A stretch of 64,000 nt of DNA from Alphaproteobacteria bacterium (lineage in GTDB: Bacteria > Pseudomonadota > Alphaproteobacteria > UBA7887), in NCBI GenBank assembly GCA_965201155.1, contig OZ241752.1, positions 1,360,981 to 1,424,980 on the forward strand. The letters are read 5' to 3'. The notes beneath the pieces are model-generated. The model did no database searches. It saw only the letters and a program-made list of their open reading frames with translations, and was not told the DNA's origin. The translations under genes were made by a program, and so were the position numbers. Positions within the stretch are counted from its first letter, which is position 1. Each line of letters starts with the position of its first letter. This document shows, one piece after another, positions 1-10,956 of the stretch.

Positions 1-697
1 TGGACAGCGCCCGCGCGTAATACGGTTCCGCCGCGTCGTGATTTTCCGCCTCATGGTGAATCATGGCCAGTTGGTCGAGGCTTTCGGCGACCAGGGGGTG
101 CTGCGGCCCGACATGATGCTGCAGGCGTTCCAGCACCCGCTGCTGATGCGCTTCAGCAGCGGCGAAGCGCTGCGCCCGCCGGTAGAGGCCAGAAAGCTGA
201 AAATGCGCCAAAATTGCGTCCATCTCCGCCTCCGCGCCCAGCGCATCGCGAATTTCGACGGTGCGCGCCAACTGTCTGGCGGCGTCGCCATAGCGGTATT
301 CGGCCTGGGCGATCTGGCTCAGCGCCGCAAGGCTGTCAGCAACCGGCACGGAGGCGGGGCCGAACAGGATCTCGCGCGTCGCCAGCGCGCGGTCATGCAG
401 CGCCGCCGCGGCCGCCAGACGGCCCTGGCGCTGGTGCACGACGGCGAGATTGAACCACGCCATGGCGGTGTGTTCATGGTCGGGGCCGAGCGCAGCTTCA
501 TTAGCGGCGGCGGCTTCCTCGGCCGCGGCCTGTGCGGCTTCCCTATCGTTGCTGCCGAGCAGTTCCAGGGTGGTGCGGTTGCGGGCTTCGGCGAGGCGCG
601 TCAGCACGGAATCCGCACCGTCCTGCGCCGGTGCGGGACCGGCGGCCGCCAGCGCCGCCACGATCGCGATTGCGGCGATCAGCTTTCGCATAGTCAT
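1..697 (-). CDS. TPR-repeat exported protein (N-terminal part; runs off left edge)
   Basis: The reverse-strand frame is open from ATG at 697 (alternative ATG at 691) to the window edge. It is absent from the ORF track because no stop lies in the window. The translation starts MTMRKLIAAIAIVAALAAAGPAPAQDG (signal peptide), followed by TPR-like helices (..WFNLAVVHQRQGRLAAAAALHDRALATREILFG..). The + strand ORF 38..775 is its antisense shadow. Confidence 0.6.
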   Translation of the reverse strand, partial: MTMRKLIAAIAIVAALAAAGPAPAQDGADSVLTRLAEARNRTTLELLGSNDREAAQAAAEEAAAANEAALGPDHEHTAMAWFNLAVVHQRQGRLAAAAALHDRALATREILFGPASVPVADSLAALSQIAQAEYRYGDAARQLARTVEIRDALGAEAEMDAILAHFQLSGLYRRAQRFAAAEAHQQRVLERLQHHVGPQHPLVAESLDQLAMIHHEAENHDAAEPYYARALS

Positions 698-771
698 GTT
701 GAGCGCTTTCCCCTTGCGAAGTTTCGGACCCGCCGACGCAGTGCGGCGCACACAGGCGTTTACAATCTTTC

Positions 772-1362
772 ATGATGGTCTATGGTGCGCCCGCCGCGCC
801 ATGCCGCACCGATTTTTCCGCACAACCCTCTGGACAACCACACTGGACCGCCGTGAGCGACAGGGTCGAAAAACATGTCATCGCCTGCATCGTCGATAAT
901 GAATTTGGCGTGCTGGCGCGCGTTGTCGGCCTGTTTTCAGGCCGCGGTTACAATATAGAAAGCCTGACGGTCACGGAAGTGGATGCCGAGGAGAGCCTTT
1001 CCCGCATCACGCTGATTACCTCCGGCACACCCATGGTGATCGAGCAGATCAAGGCGCAGTTGGGACGTCTGGTGCCGGTCCATACCGTCGTCGACCTGAC
1101 CATGGCGGGGCCGCATGTGAGCCGCGAGCTGGCGCTGGTGAAGGTACGCGGACGCGGCGAGGCGCGCGTGGAATCGCTGCGCATCGCGGATATTTTCCGC
1201 GCCCGCGTCGTGGACAGTTCGATTGAGTCGTTCGTGTTCGAACTGACGGGCGCGGCGGACAAGATCGACGCCTTCATCGCGCTGATGCGCCCGCTTGGCC
1301 TGGTCGAGGTGGCGCGCACGGGCGCCGCCGCCATCGCCCGCGGGGCGGATGCACTGCAATAA
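772..1362 (+). CDS. ilvH: acetolactate synthase small (regulatory) subunit
   Basis: ACT-domain signature HVIACIVDNEFGVLARVVGLFSGRGYNIESLTV, and it lies immediately upstream of ilvC. The start is uncertain: ATG 772 or in-frame GTG 853. Confidence 0.9.
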   Translation: MMVYGAPAAPCRTDFSAQPSGQPHWTAVSDRVEKHVIACIVDNEFGVLARVVGLFSGRGYNIESLTVTEVDAEESLSRITLITSGTPMVIEQIKAQLGRLVPVHTVVDLTMAGPHVSRELALVKVRGRGEARVESLRIADIFRARVVDSSIESFVFELTGAADKIDAFIALMRPLGLVEVARTGAAAIARGADALQ

Positions 1363-2415
<1,053 letters not shown>

Positions 2416-2420
2416 GGGCG

Positions 2421-4001
2421 CTATTCCGGTATGTGGCCGCGCACGCCGCGGATCAGCGGCAGGCCCAGCAGCGACAGGGCGAGGCATATGGCGACGACGG
2501 TCGTCACTTCGTTGAACGCCTGAATCTGGGCCTCCTGCGCAGCCATGCGGGCAATCATCTGAATGCTCGCAATATCGGTGTCCACGCCGCTGCCGAGCAC
2601 CGGCCCCAGGCGCCCGCCGAACAGGCCCAGTAACTCGCCGCTGGAATACCATGCCTCGCCCGTCCATTCGCGCAGCCGGTGATAGTGGACATCCGCGCGG
2701 ATCACCAGCCACGCATTGGCAATCGCCACCGCCACCGCCGCGCCCAGGCGCATGGTGAGCTGAAACATTGCGGTGCCGTCCTTCACCTGCTCGACCGGCA
2801 GGCGGCCCAGCGCCAGACGCACCATCGAGAGGAAACAGAACTGGGTCGCCACGCCGCGAATGATCTGCGGCAGCAACAAGCTCTCGAAGCTGGTGTCGAC
2901 ATGCAGATGCGCTTGCAGCCATGTCCCCAGCCCGAGCATGGCAAAGCCGGCAAGCGCGATCGTGCGGAGGCGGAAATACTTGACCAGGGTCGGCATGGCG
3001 AAGCCGGCAACCATCATCGACAGCCCCAGCACGAACAGCCATGTGCCGATTTGCAGCGTGTTGAGGCCGATGACACGCGCCAGAAACAGCGGCAGCAGAT
3101 AGAGCGGCACGAACAGTCCGGCGCCGAATATGGCGACATAGGTGGTGCCGATAACAAAATTGCGGTTGCGAAATATCCGCAGGTCGATGAACGGATGCGT
3201 GGCCGTGAGTTCGCGCCACAGCAGCAGAATTCCGGCCGTTACCGTGATTCCGGTGAGGGTGAGAATCATGGAGGAATCGAACCAGTCTTCGCGCCGCCCG
3301 CGTTCCAGGACGATCAGCAGCGACATGAAGAATACGGCGAGCAGGAGAATTCCCGGCAGGTCGATGCGGCGCGCGAGGCTCCAGTCCGGGCGGTCGAAGT
3401 CATAGAACAGGATGACGAGCAGCGTGGCGCCGAGCGCGAAGGGAAGGTTGAACAGGAACAGCCACGGCCATGACAGCGATTCGCTGATCCATCCGCCCAG
3501 GCTGGGGCCGAGAGCGACGGCGCCGGTGCCCAGCAGCGAGACGATGGCGCTGAGCAGATTCTGGTAGCGGGCGGGGAAGGAAGCGTAAATGGTGGACAGC
3601 ACCATGGGGGCGATGGCGCCGCCGCAAAATCCCTGGAGCGCGCGGAACACGATCATGGATTCAATGTCCCACGCGCTGGCGCAGCCGACGCTGGCGGCGG
3701 CAAAGCCGAGCGAGCACATGGTGAACAGGCCGCGCGTGGAAAACAGGCGCGACAGCCAGCCCGACAGGGGGATCATGATGACTTCGGCGATCAGCGCCGA
3801 TGTCAGCACCCAGCTCACTTCCTCGGGGCTGGCGGCGAGCCCGGCGCGGATCTCGTCAAAGGAACTGCCGACGATCTGAATGTTGAGCACGGCGAGGAAC
3901 ATGCCGAGCGCCATGCCGACAAAGGCGAGAAGTTCGCGCGCCCCGAGTTTTCGTGCGTCGCGCACCGCGGCTGCGTCGGTGCGCGACATGGTGTTCGCCA
4001 T
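2421..4001 (-). CDS. MFS transporter, DHA2 (EmrB/QacA-like, 14-TMS) family
   Basis: About 525 aa of repeated hydrophobic segments with MFS motifs (GWLSRLFSTRGLF). Start trimmed from the track's 4034 to ATG 4001, which has a GAGG upstream. Confidence 0.85.
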   Translation of the reverse strand: MANTMSRTDAAAVRDARKLGARELLAFVGMALGMFLAVLNIQIVGSSFDEIRAGLAASPEEVSWVLTSALIAEVIMIPLSGWLSRLFSTRGLFTMCSLGFAAASVGCASAWDIESMIVFRALQGFCGGAIAPMVLSTIYASFPARYQNLLSAIVSLLGTGAVALGPSLGGWISESLSWPWLFLFNLPFALGATLLVILFYDFDRPDWSLARRIDLPGILLLAVFFMSLLIVLERGRREDWFDSSMILTLTGITVTAGILLLWRELTATHPFIDLRIFRNRNFVIGTTYVAIFGAGLFVPLYLLPLFLARVIGLNTLQIGTWLFVLGLSMMVAGFAMPTLVKYFRLRTIALAGFAMLGLGTWLQAHLHVDTSFESLLLPQIIRGVATQFCFLSMVRLALGRLPVEQVKDGTAMFQLTMRLGAAVAVAIANAWLVIRADVHYHRLREWTGEAWYSSGELLGLFGGRLGPVLGSGVDTDIASIQMIARMAAQEAQIQAFNEVTTVVAICLALSLLGLPLIRGVRGHIPE

Positions 4002-4110
4002 ATGCGCCGCCTCGTGTCTTCGCCCCCGGCGCAAGAGGACGGCGCACCCTGCATCACGCGAAGGCGCGCCGCTTGCCTGCGTCCGTTACGGACGCAGGGA
4101 CTATATCACC

Positions 4111-5493
4111 TTAGCTGGTGGCGAGCGGTGCGGCGAGAACCATGGGGTTGCCGTTGCGCTCGACGAGCAGCAGCAGCGACGGGTTGCCGGCATCAACCGC
4201 ATCTGCAATGGCGGCCCTGAGCGCTGCGGCATCGGTGACCGGGCGCCAGCCGGCCTCGCGAATGACATCGCCGGGCCGCATGGCGGCCTTGTCCGCCGGC
4301 CCGCCCGTCATCACCGCCACCACGGTGAGGCCGTTGCCGTCGGCGGCCGGCGCCACCTGCACGCCCAGGGTCATCGCCGCCCGCGGTTCGAGCGCCTGCG
4401 CCACCGCCGCCGGCTTGCTGTCCTGGGCCACTGCGACCTCGAACGCCATGGGCTTGCCGTCGCGGAATCCGGTGACGGCCACCGTCGTGCTGCCGGGGGT
4501 CGCCGAAACCATGCGGGCGAGATGGCGCGGGTCTTCCACTTCCTGCCCGTTCCAGCGCGTGATGACATCGCCGGTGCGAATTCCGGCTGCGGCGGCGGGG
4601 CTTTGCGGGTGCACGCGCACGACCAGCGCGCCCGCAGCCTCGTCGAGGCCCAGCGCCTCGTTCAGCGTCTCGTTCAGCGTCTGGATGTTGACTCCCAGCC
4701 ATCCGCGCACCGCCTGGCCGTGCTCGCGCAACTGCGCGATGATGGGTGTGGCCAGCGCCGCCGGAATGGCGAAGCCTATGCCGACACTGCCGCCATTGGG
4801 CGACACGATGGCGGTATTGACGCCGATTACCTTGCCGTCGAGATCGAATAGCGGGCCGCCCGAATTGCCGCGGTTGATCGGCGCGTCCGTCTGCAGGAAG
4901 TCGTCATACGGTCCGGCATTGATGTCGCGTCCGCGCCCGGAGATGATTCCGGCGGTGACGGTGCCGCCAAAGCCGAACGGATTGCCGATCGCCAGCGTCC
5001 AGTCGCCGACGCGCAGGGCATCGGAATCGCCCCATTCAAGCGCCGGCAGAGGGGCGCCGGCATCAACCTTGAGCAGTGCAAGGTCGGTTTTCGGGTCGGC
5101 GCCGATGAGCGCCGCGTCAAGGGCCTCGCCCGTTGCCAGCGTTACGGTAATGCTTTTCGCATCGGCGATGATGTGGCTGTTGGTTACGATGGCGCCGTCC
5201 GCGTCGATGAGGAAGCCCGAGCCGCTGGCCATGGCGCGCGGTGCGGCGCCGGGGCCGGACCTGCCGAAGCGCCGTTCGAAAAATCTTTCGAGCGGCGTGC
5301 GCGGCAGCTGGGCCGCGGCGCCCTCGCGTTCCACGGTGATCGCCACGACGCCGGGCGACAATGCCTCGACCAGATTGGCGAAGCTTTCGGCCGGGTGCGC
5401 CTGCGCGGCAGCCGCCGGCGCGATACCTGCCAACACGGCAACCATCAGGGCCGTCCGGCGCCCGGCGGCACCGGTGGTGTTTGGGTGAATCAT
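4111..5493 (-). CDS. periplasmic serine protease, DegP/HtrA (Do) family with two PDZ domains
   Basis: Trypsin-like triad context: GSGFLIDADGAIVTNSHI.., DLALLKV, GNSGGPLFDLDGKVIGVNTAI. A signal peptide follows M at 5493. Confidence 0.9.
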   Translation of the reverse strand: MIHPNTTGAAGRRTALMVAVLAGIAPAAAAQAHPAESFANLVEALSPGVVAITVEREGAAAQLPRTPLERFFERRFGRSGPGAAPRAMASGSGFLIDADGAIVTNSHIIADAKSITVTLATGEALDAALIGADPKTDLALLKVDAGAPLPALEWGDSDALRVGDWTLAIGNPFGFGGTVTAGIISGRGRDINAGPYDDFLQTDAPINRGNSGGPLFDLDGKVIGVNTAIVSPNGGSVGIGFAIPAALATPIIAQLREHGQAVRGWLGVNIQTLNETLNEALGLDEAAGALVVRVHPQSPAAAAGIRTGDVITRWNGQEVEDPRHLARMVSATPGSTTVAVTGFRDGKPMAFEVAVAQDSKPAAVAQALEPRAAMTLGVQVAPAADGNGLTVVAVMTGGPADKAAMRPGDVIREAGWRPVTDAAALRAAIADAVDAGNPSLLLLVERNGNPMVLAAPLATS

Positions 5494-5692
5494 GAGTTTC
5501 GCCCCTTGCTTTATTTCTCCGCACAGCCCGCAGAGGACTGCGCCGCCAGACCTCGTCAGCGCGACCGGGAAAGACAAGGGGGCAAGGGGTGTAATCCGAA
5601 TTGATCGCAAAACATTCGCGATACTGCCGGATTACGGCCGGAAACAAGGCAAAACTGCCCGCATTCGGACAGATTTCGTAAATCGGCCGGGA

Positions 5693-6649
5693 TCAGAAAT
5701 CGAAGTCGTAATCCTCGTCTTCAGATGTCCCGGCAGAGGGTTCGGGACGCGGACGCACCGCATTCTCGATCGGCGGCAGACTGAGAATATAGTCCGCCAC
5801 CGCCGCCAGGTCGTCGGCGGCAAGGTGGCTGGAGCCGTGCCGCACCAGCGCCGCCATGGTGTCCTGCACATCATCGCCGGAAGGCGTAAAGCCGGTTTGC
5901 AGTAGCCACACGATATCGCCGGCGCTCCAATCCGCTATGCCTGTTTCATGGGGGGTGATGTTGGGTACGCTGCTGCCGTCCGGATTTTGGCGGTGGCCGG
6001 CATAGTCGAGTCCGTGCACGAAACCGCCCAGCGGATTGCGCGCGGTGTGGCATTCTGCGCAATGCAGCAAATGGCGTGACAGATAGGCGCCGCGGTTCCA
6101 GCGCGCGCTGCGCTCGGGGTCGGGGGTCCAGGGCCGGGGTGCGAAGAACAGGAACCGCCAGCCCATATTCACCGCCCGCAAATTGAACGGCGCCTGCAGC
6201 TCATGCCGCCGGTTCGCCTTGTCCACCGGTTCCAGCGCCCGCAGATAGGCCCACATATCAGCGAGATCGGCGCTCGTGAGGGCGCTGTAGGCGGGATAGG
6301 GGAAGGCCGGATAATAGGGGGCGCCTGCAGGGGTGAGTCCCCAACGCATGGCGCGTACGAAGTCCGCTTCGCTCCAGCCCCCCAAGCCGTGCGTCTCATG
6401 GGGCGTGATATTGGGTGCGTAGAACACCCCGAACGGCGACTCGACGGCGCCGCCGCCGGCCAGCGGCGGACCGCCGGCCGCGTCAGTGTGGCAGGCAACG
6501 CAGCCGCCGGCGCGAATGAGGTACGCGCCGCGCGACGCGGCGTCCTGCTCCTCGCCGGCGACCGGCGCTTGCGCGCCCGCCGGCAGTCCCGTCAGAAGAA
6601 AGGCAACGAGAGTGCCGGCAAGCCGGCGTCTATTGCTTCTCGCGGAAAT
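5693..6649 (-). CDS. di-haem cytochrome c
   Basis: Second haem motif CAECH lies in the track ORF 5693..6427. The same frame stays open upstream and encodes a first CVACH motif plus a signal-like RRLAGTLVAFLLTGLPAGAQA. No ATG/GTG/TTG is available in that extension, so I propose ATT at 6647-6649 as the start (see findings). Confidence 0.7.
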   Translation of the reverse strand: MSARSNRRRLAGTLVAFLLTGLPAGAQAPVAGEEQDAASRGAYLIRAGGCVACHTDAAGGPPLAGGGAVESPFGVFYAPNITPHETHGLGGWSEADFVRAMRWGLTPAGAPYYPAFPYPAYSALTSADLADMWAYLRALEPVDKANRRHELQAPFNLRAVNMGWRFLFFAPRPWTPDPERSARWNRGAYLSRHLLHCAECHTARNPLGGFVHGLDYAGHRQNPDGSSVPNITPHETGIADWSAGDIVWLLQTGFTPSGDDVQDTMAALVRHGSSHLAADDLAAVADYILSLPPIENAVRPRPEPSAGTSEDEDYDFDF

Positions 6650-7094
6650 TGTCGTGGCATCCTCCGCAGGTCTTGCCTAGCACACCGAGAGCGCTGCGAA
6701 TCTGGCTGATATCGTTGGTCGCGGCAGCCGCGATCATCGCGTCTGCAGCAGCGATCGAGTCGTTCAGCGCGGCGGAAAATTCGTCCCCGCGCTCCCAGAT
6801 CGTCGCCAGCGCGCGTGTCTTGCCGGCTTCCTTGCCGGTGCCGGCGGGAAACAGCACGTCCGCGGCGCCAAGCCCGTCGCGGATTGCCTGCGCATTTGCG
6901 GAGACGTTGGCCAGACTGCTGATCTCGCCCTTGGCGACCATGGCAAGGTTGCTGATGTTCGCGCCGACGGAATGCATCACGTTAGTGCGGTATTTGATTA
7001 TGTGTGTCGGCTCGTCGGCGGCAAACGCCGCAGCACCGGCGAACAAGCCGCCCGCGACAATGAACACACCCATGAGTCTGACCCAGTGGACCAT
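6630..7094 (-). CDS. cytochrome c' (class II cytochrome c)
   Basis: C-terminal haem motif CGGCHDNFR, four-helix-bundle-like sequence and a signal peptide. GGGAGGAAAGC precedes ATG 7094. Confidence 0.85.
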   Translation of the reverse strand: MVHWVRLMGVFIVAGGLFAGAAAFAADEPTHIIKYRTNVMHSVGANISNLAMVAKGEISSLANVSANAQAIRDGLGAADVLFPAGTGKEAGKTRALATIWERGDEFSAALNDSIAAADAMIAAAATNDISQIRSALGVLGKTCGGCHDNFREKQ

Positions 7095-7246
7095 GCTTTC
7101 CTCCCGTTCCGGGTTGGACACCGTGCCGGCGGCGGCGCCGGCAAGGTCTGCATTGTGCGCAGGAAACCCCGCGGGGGCAAGCCCGTGCGGGTTTCCCGCT
7201 TGTACCGCGGGCGGGGATGGCGTATCAGCCCCGGCAGTGACGAAAC

Positions 7247-7936
7247 ATGCAACACGCTGACGGCGGAATGTCCGCGCCCCGTCTTGTGGTCGGAATCAGC
7301 GGCGCGTCCGGCGCCGTCTATGGGGTGCGGCTGCTCGAGATACTCCGGGACCTGCCGGTGGAAAGCCACCTTGTCATCAGCGCGACGGCCGAAGTGACCA
7401 TCGCCCACGAAACCGACCACAAGATCGCTGAGGTCAAGGCGCTGGCCGATGTCTGTCACGCGGTGGGCGATCTGGCGGCGGCGCCGTCCAGCGGCTCGTT
7501 CGGGACGATGGGGATGATCGTCGCCCCCTGCTCGGTGCGGTCAATGTCGGAGATCGCCGCCGGGCTGTGCAGCAATCTGCTTACCCGCGCCGCCGATGTG
7601 ACCCTGAAGGAACAGCGACGCCTGGTTCTGATGGTGCGCGAGACGCCGCTCCACGCGATCCATCTCGCCAACATGACCCGCCTCGCCGAACTCGGCGTGG
7701 TGATCGCACCGCCGGTGCCGGCATTCTATGCGCGTCCGCCAACGCTCGAAGCAATGGTGGATCACACATTGGGGCGGGTGCTGGACCTGTTCGGCCTGGA
7801 CTCGGGCGGCGTGCGCCGCTGGGACAAGGGTGCGCAGCGGCGCACCCGTCACACCTCGGGGCAGGCGGCGGCGCGTGCGGCCAGCACGTCACCGGCGCGC
7901 GACAGCGCCGGCGGGGTGTCGAGAAACCGCAAATAG
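7247..7936 (+). CDS. ubiX: flavin prenyltransferase UbiX
   Basis: RLVVGISGASGAVYGVRLLE..MGMIVAPCSVRSMSEIA..LVLMVRETPLH. The 3' tail overlaps the convergent gene. Confidence 0.9.
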   Translation: MQHADGGMSAPRLVVGISGASGAVYGVRLLEILRDLPVESHLVISATAEVTIAHETDHKIAEVKALADVCHAVGDLAAAPSSGSFGTMGMIVAPCSVRSMSEIAAGLCSNLLTRAADVTLKEQRRLVLMVRETPLHAIHLANMTRLAELGVVIAPPVPAFYARPPTLEAMVDHTLGRVLDLFGLDSGGVRRWDKGAQRRTRHTSGQAAARAASTSPARDSAGGVSRNRK

Positions 7937-8373
7937 GCGCGCAGATTGTGTCGGATATCGGCAGCCCGCTGCGCCGGCGCGCGGGCGGCAGCGGGACTCT
8001 CTCTGTGATGGTGAACCAGCAGCGTCTGCGTAATGCGCTCGGCGGCAAGTTCCGCTGCCTTGACTTGCTGCCGCAGCGCACTGGCGGCCTCCGCCGCCGC
8101 GGCCGGAGGAGCGGATTTGAGGGCGCGCCGTACCGCCCGCAGCGGTGCCACCGCATCACGGTTCCAGGCGGCGGTGGCGGCGTCGAGGCGGTGTAGATCA
8201 GTACCGGTCAGGCGCCCGCCGCCAGTGGCGCCCAGCCAGCAGCAGAACAGCAGGATGTTCACATTCGCCCCGCACGACTCCTGCAGTTCGAGGCAGGCGC
8301 TCTCCACTCCGGGCGCGCCGTAGAGCGCCACGGACCAGCGCCAGAATCGATCCTCGGCGGACACGGGCTGCAC
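7849..8373 (-). CDS. conserved hypothetical protein, DUF2390/TIGR02444-like
   Basis: FWRWSVALYGAPGVESACLELQESCGANVNILLFCCWLG matches my recollection of that family. The track ORF (to 8700) is over-extended across the divergent DUF465 gene. The start is GTG 8373 or ATG 8460. Confidence 0.6.
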   Translation of the reverse strand: MQPVSAEDRFWRWSVALYGAPGVESACLELQESCGANVNILLFCCWLGATGGGRLTGTDLHRLDAATAAWNRDAVAPLRAVRRALKSAPPAAAAEAASALRQQVKAAELAAERITQTLLVHHHRESPAAARAPAQRAADIRHNLRAYLRFLDTPPALSRAGDVLAARAAACPEV

Positions 8374-8481
8374 CGCCGCCTCGTTATTTGCCGGGCCGGG
8401 CGGTCTTTGCCCGGAAGGCGGTTTCTGATAGAATTTCGGCAATACAGGGTTCCTCAACATCAAGAAAGGTTGAAGCCTCAA

Positions 8482-8679
8482 ATGAATCAGGAAACAATGG
8501 TCGAGCATCTTGAAAGATTGCGCCTCGAACATTCGGCACTGGACCGCCAGATTCACGAAATGACAAGCGGCGGTATTTACGACGATATTCAAATTTTGAG
8601 ACTGAAGAAACGAAAACTCGAGATCAAGGACCAGATGGGCCGCATCGAAAACACACTGGTACCGGACATCATCGCCTGA
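8482..8679 (+). CDS. DUF465 (YdcH-like) small protein
   Basis: [27 protein letters not shown]...[15 protein letters not shown] is the typical DUF465 pattern. Start is ATG 8482. Confidence 0.75.
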   Translation: MNQETMVEHLERLRLEHSALDRQIHEMTSGGIYDDIQILRLKKRKLEIKDQMGRIENTLVPDIIA

Positions 8680-8705
8680 ATCCGCGAACATCCGACACAC
8701 CGAAT

Positions 8706-9200
8706 ATGAGCGCCGCGCCGCAGGTTGGCGTCATCATGGGCTCCCAGTCCGACTGGGAGACGATGCGCCACGCCGCCGACACGCTGTCCGCGCTGGGCGT
8801 GGCCGCGGAAGTGCGCATCGTCTCCGCCCATCGCACCCCCGACCGCCTGCATGAATATGCGCAACAGGCGCAGGCGCGCGGCTTGAAAGTCATCATCGCC
8901 GGCGCCGGCGGCGCGGCGCATCTGCCCGGAATGGCAGCCGCCGGCACATTACTGCCTGTGCTCGGCGTGCCCATGCAATCGCGCAGCCTGAACGGGATCG
9001 ACAGCCTGTTGTCGATCGTGCAGATGCCGGCGGGCGTTCCCGTCGGCACATTGGCGATCGGACGCGCCGGCGCGGTAAATGCTGCGCTCATGGCGGCCTC
9101 CATCCTCGCTCTCGAGGATGCCGAGATCGCCGCAGCCCTGGCGCGCTGGCGCACGGCGCAGACCGACGCAGTGGCGGAAACGCCGCATGACGGCGGCTGA
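8706..9200 (+). CDS. purE: N5-carboxyaminoimidazole ribonucleotide mutase
   Basis: [41 protein letters not shown]. Confidence 0.95.
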   Translation: MSAAPQVGVIMGSQSDWETMRHAADTLSALGVAAEVRIVSAHRTPDRLHEYAQQAQARGLKVIIAGAGGAAHLPGMAAAGTLLPVLGVPMQSRSLNGIDSLLSIVQMPAGVPVGTLAIGRAGAVNAALMAASILALEDAEIAAALARWRTAQTDAVAETPHDGG

Positions 9201-9218
9201 CCCGCCGCCCCATTCCCC

Positions 9219-10307
9219 TTGTCCGAAAGCCCGTCCGATCCCATCGTGCCCGGCGCCGTGATCGGTGTTCTCGGCGGCGGCCAGTTGGGTCGCATGCTGG
9301 CGATGGCGGCGGCGCGGCTCGGCTATCGCACGCATGTCTTCTGCCCGGAACGTGACGCGCCGGCCACTCATGTCGCAGCGGCGGCGACCATCGCCGATTA
9401 CCAGGACGATGCGGCGCTGGACCGCTTCGGCGCGGCAGTGGATGTGGTCACACTGGAGTTCGAGAATGTGCCGCTGCATGCGCTGGAGCGGCTGGCGGCG
9501 CTGATCCCGGTGCGTCCTGGCGCGCGCGCCCTGGCGGCGGCGCAGGACCGCATTGCCGAAAAGAGCCTGATGGCGTCGCTGGGCGTGCCCACCACTCCCT
9601 GGGCGCCCGTGGACGGGCCGGAAAGTCTGGCCGCCGCGCACGCGCATCTGGGCGCGGACTGCATCCTCAAGACAACGCGGCTGGGCTATGACGGCAAGGG
9701 GCAGGTTGCAGTGACGCCGGCGACCGACCCGGCGGCCGCCTGGCGCATCCTGGGCGGGGCGCCGGGGATTCTCGAGGCACGCGTCGATTTCGCCTGCGAG
9801 ATTTCCGTCATCCTGGCGCGCACCGCCGATGGCCGCACCGCCTGCCATGACGTGGTGGAAAACCGGCATGTTGACGGCATTCTCGACACCAGCATCGCGC
9901 CCGCACGCATCGCTGAGGAGATGGCCGCAACGGCGCGCGGCGCAGCGCTGCGGATCGCTGAGGCGCTCGCGCTGGTCGGCCTGCTGGCGGTGGAAATGTT
10001 CGTGACCCGCGACGGGCGGGTTCTGGTGAACGAGATCGCCCCGCGCCCGCATAATTCCGGCCATTGGACGCTGGATGCCTGCGTCACCAGCCAGTTCGAG
10101 CAGGCGGTGCGTGCGGTGTGCGGGCTGCCGCTGGGCGCAACCGACCGGCTGGCCGACGCCGAAATGCGCAATCTGCTGGGCGGGAGCGCGTCGGAATGGC
10201 GGCACTGGCTGACCGACGGGGCGGCGAAGCTGCATCTTTACGGTAAGGCGGAAGCGCGCCCCGGCCGCAAGATGGGGCATGTGACGCGGCTTATTCGGCG
10301 CCGCTGA
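9219..10307 (+). CDS. purK: N5-carboxyaminoimidazole ribonucleotide synthase
   Basis: ATP-grasp protein, IGVLGGGQLGRMLAMAA.., directly downstream of purE. Confidence 0.93.
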   Translation: MSESPSDPIVPGAVIGVLGGGQLGRMLAMAAARLGYRTHVFCPERDAPATHVAAAATIADYQDDAALDRFGAAVDVVTLEFENVPLHALERLAALIPVRPGARALAAAQDRIAEKSLMASLGVPTTPWAPVDGPESLAAAHAHLGADCILKTTRLGYDGKGQVAVTPATDPAAAWRILGGAPGILEARVDFACEISVILARTADGRTACHDVVENRHVDGILDTSIAPARIAEEMAATARGAALRIAEALALVGLLAVEMFVTRDGRVLVNEIAPRPHNSGHWTLDACVTSQFEQAVRAVCGLPLGATDRLADAEMRNLLGGSASEWRHWLTDGAAKLHLYGKAEARPGRKMGHVTRLIRRR

Positions 10308-10956
10308 AACCGCGCCGGGCGCGGGTCCTTCCGACGGCGCGCAGCATGCATTCCAGCGGCCGGCCGAGCACCGCGGCAGCGCGTGTCACGCCCGCGCCGG
10401 CCTTGCCCAGGCGCAGCGCGTCGGCGATGCGCCGGTCGACAAAGGCGGCCGTGACGGCAAAATCCTCGCTGTTGTCTCCCAGCCAGCACATCAGCGAGGC
10501 CGAATAGACGCCCGCCAGCAGCGCCCGTTTCGTGTACCAGTCGAATTCGGTAGCGGTGTCGCCGGCGGTGCGCCATATGGCGTCGACAGTGCGCGCGAGC
10601 CGGCGCAGCGCGGCTGCGGCGCGCAGCGGCGGTGCATTATGCACTGCGAGGCGGCGAATCGCCGGGCGCCAGGACGCCATCACCTCCAGGCGGGCGCGAA
10701 CCAGCGCAGCAATGCGTTCGCGCACCGGCAGGCCGGCAAGCTCCCCGGGGGCGAACCGCTCCAGCGCGCGTGCGTCGAACAGCGCATCCAGCGCATCCAG
10801 GGCCTCAGGCAGCCCGTTCGGGAAACAGCGCCGCGCCAGGCTTCGGTCGAAGCCGCAATCCTGCGCCGCATGTTCGATGCAGGCCCACGACCAGCCATCA
10901 CCGGCGGCGCGCGCCGCTGCCGCCTCCAGGATCGCCGTGCGTTCAGCCGCCGGCAT
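10291..10956 (-). CDS. COQ9-like (ubiquinone-biosynthesis associated, TetR-fold) protein
   Basis: C-terminal FDWYTKRALLAGVYSASLMCWLGDNSEDFAVTAAFVDRRI resembles the COQ9 WYT[RK]RA motif region. Confidence 0.7.
   Translation of the reverse strand: MPAAERTAILEAAAARAAGDGWSWACIEHAAQDCGFDRSLARRCFPNGLPEALDALDALFDARALERFAPGELAGLPVRERIAALVRARLEVMASWRPAIRRLAVHNAPPLRAAAALRRLARTVDAIWRTAGDTATEFDWYTKRALLAGVYSASLMCWLGDNSEDFAVTAAFVDRRIADALRLGKAGAGVTRAAAVLGRPLECMLRAVGRTRARRGFSGAE

Noticed and set aside
38-775. 245-aa + strand ORF at the window start
   Set aside because: It is Arg/Gly/Ala-rich nonsense-like sequence. The opposite strand encodes a coherent signal peptide plus TPR protein in the same interval, so this is an antisense shadow ORF.
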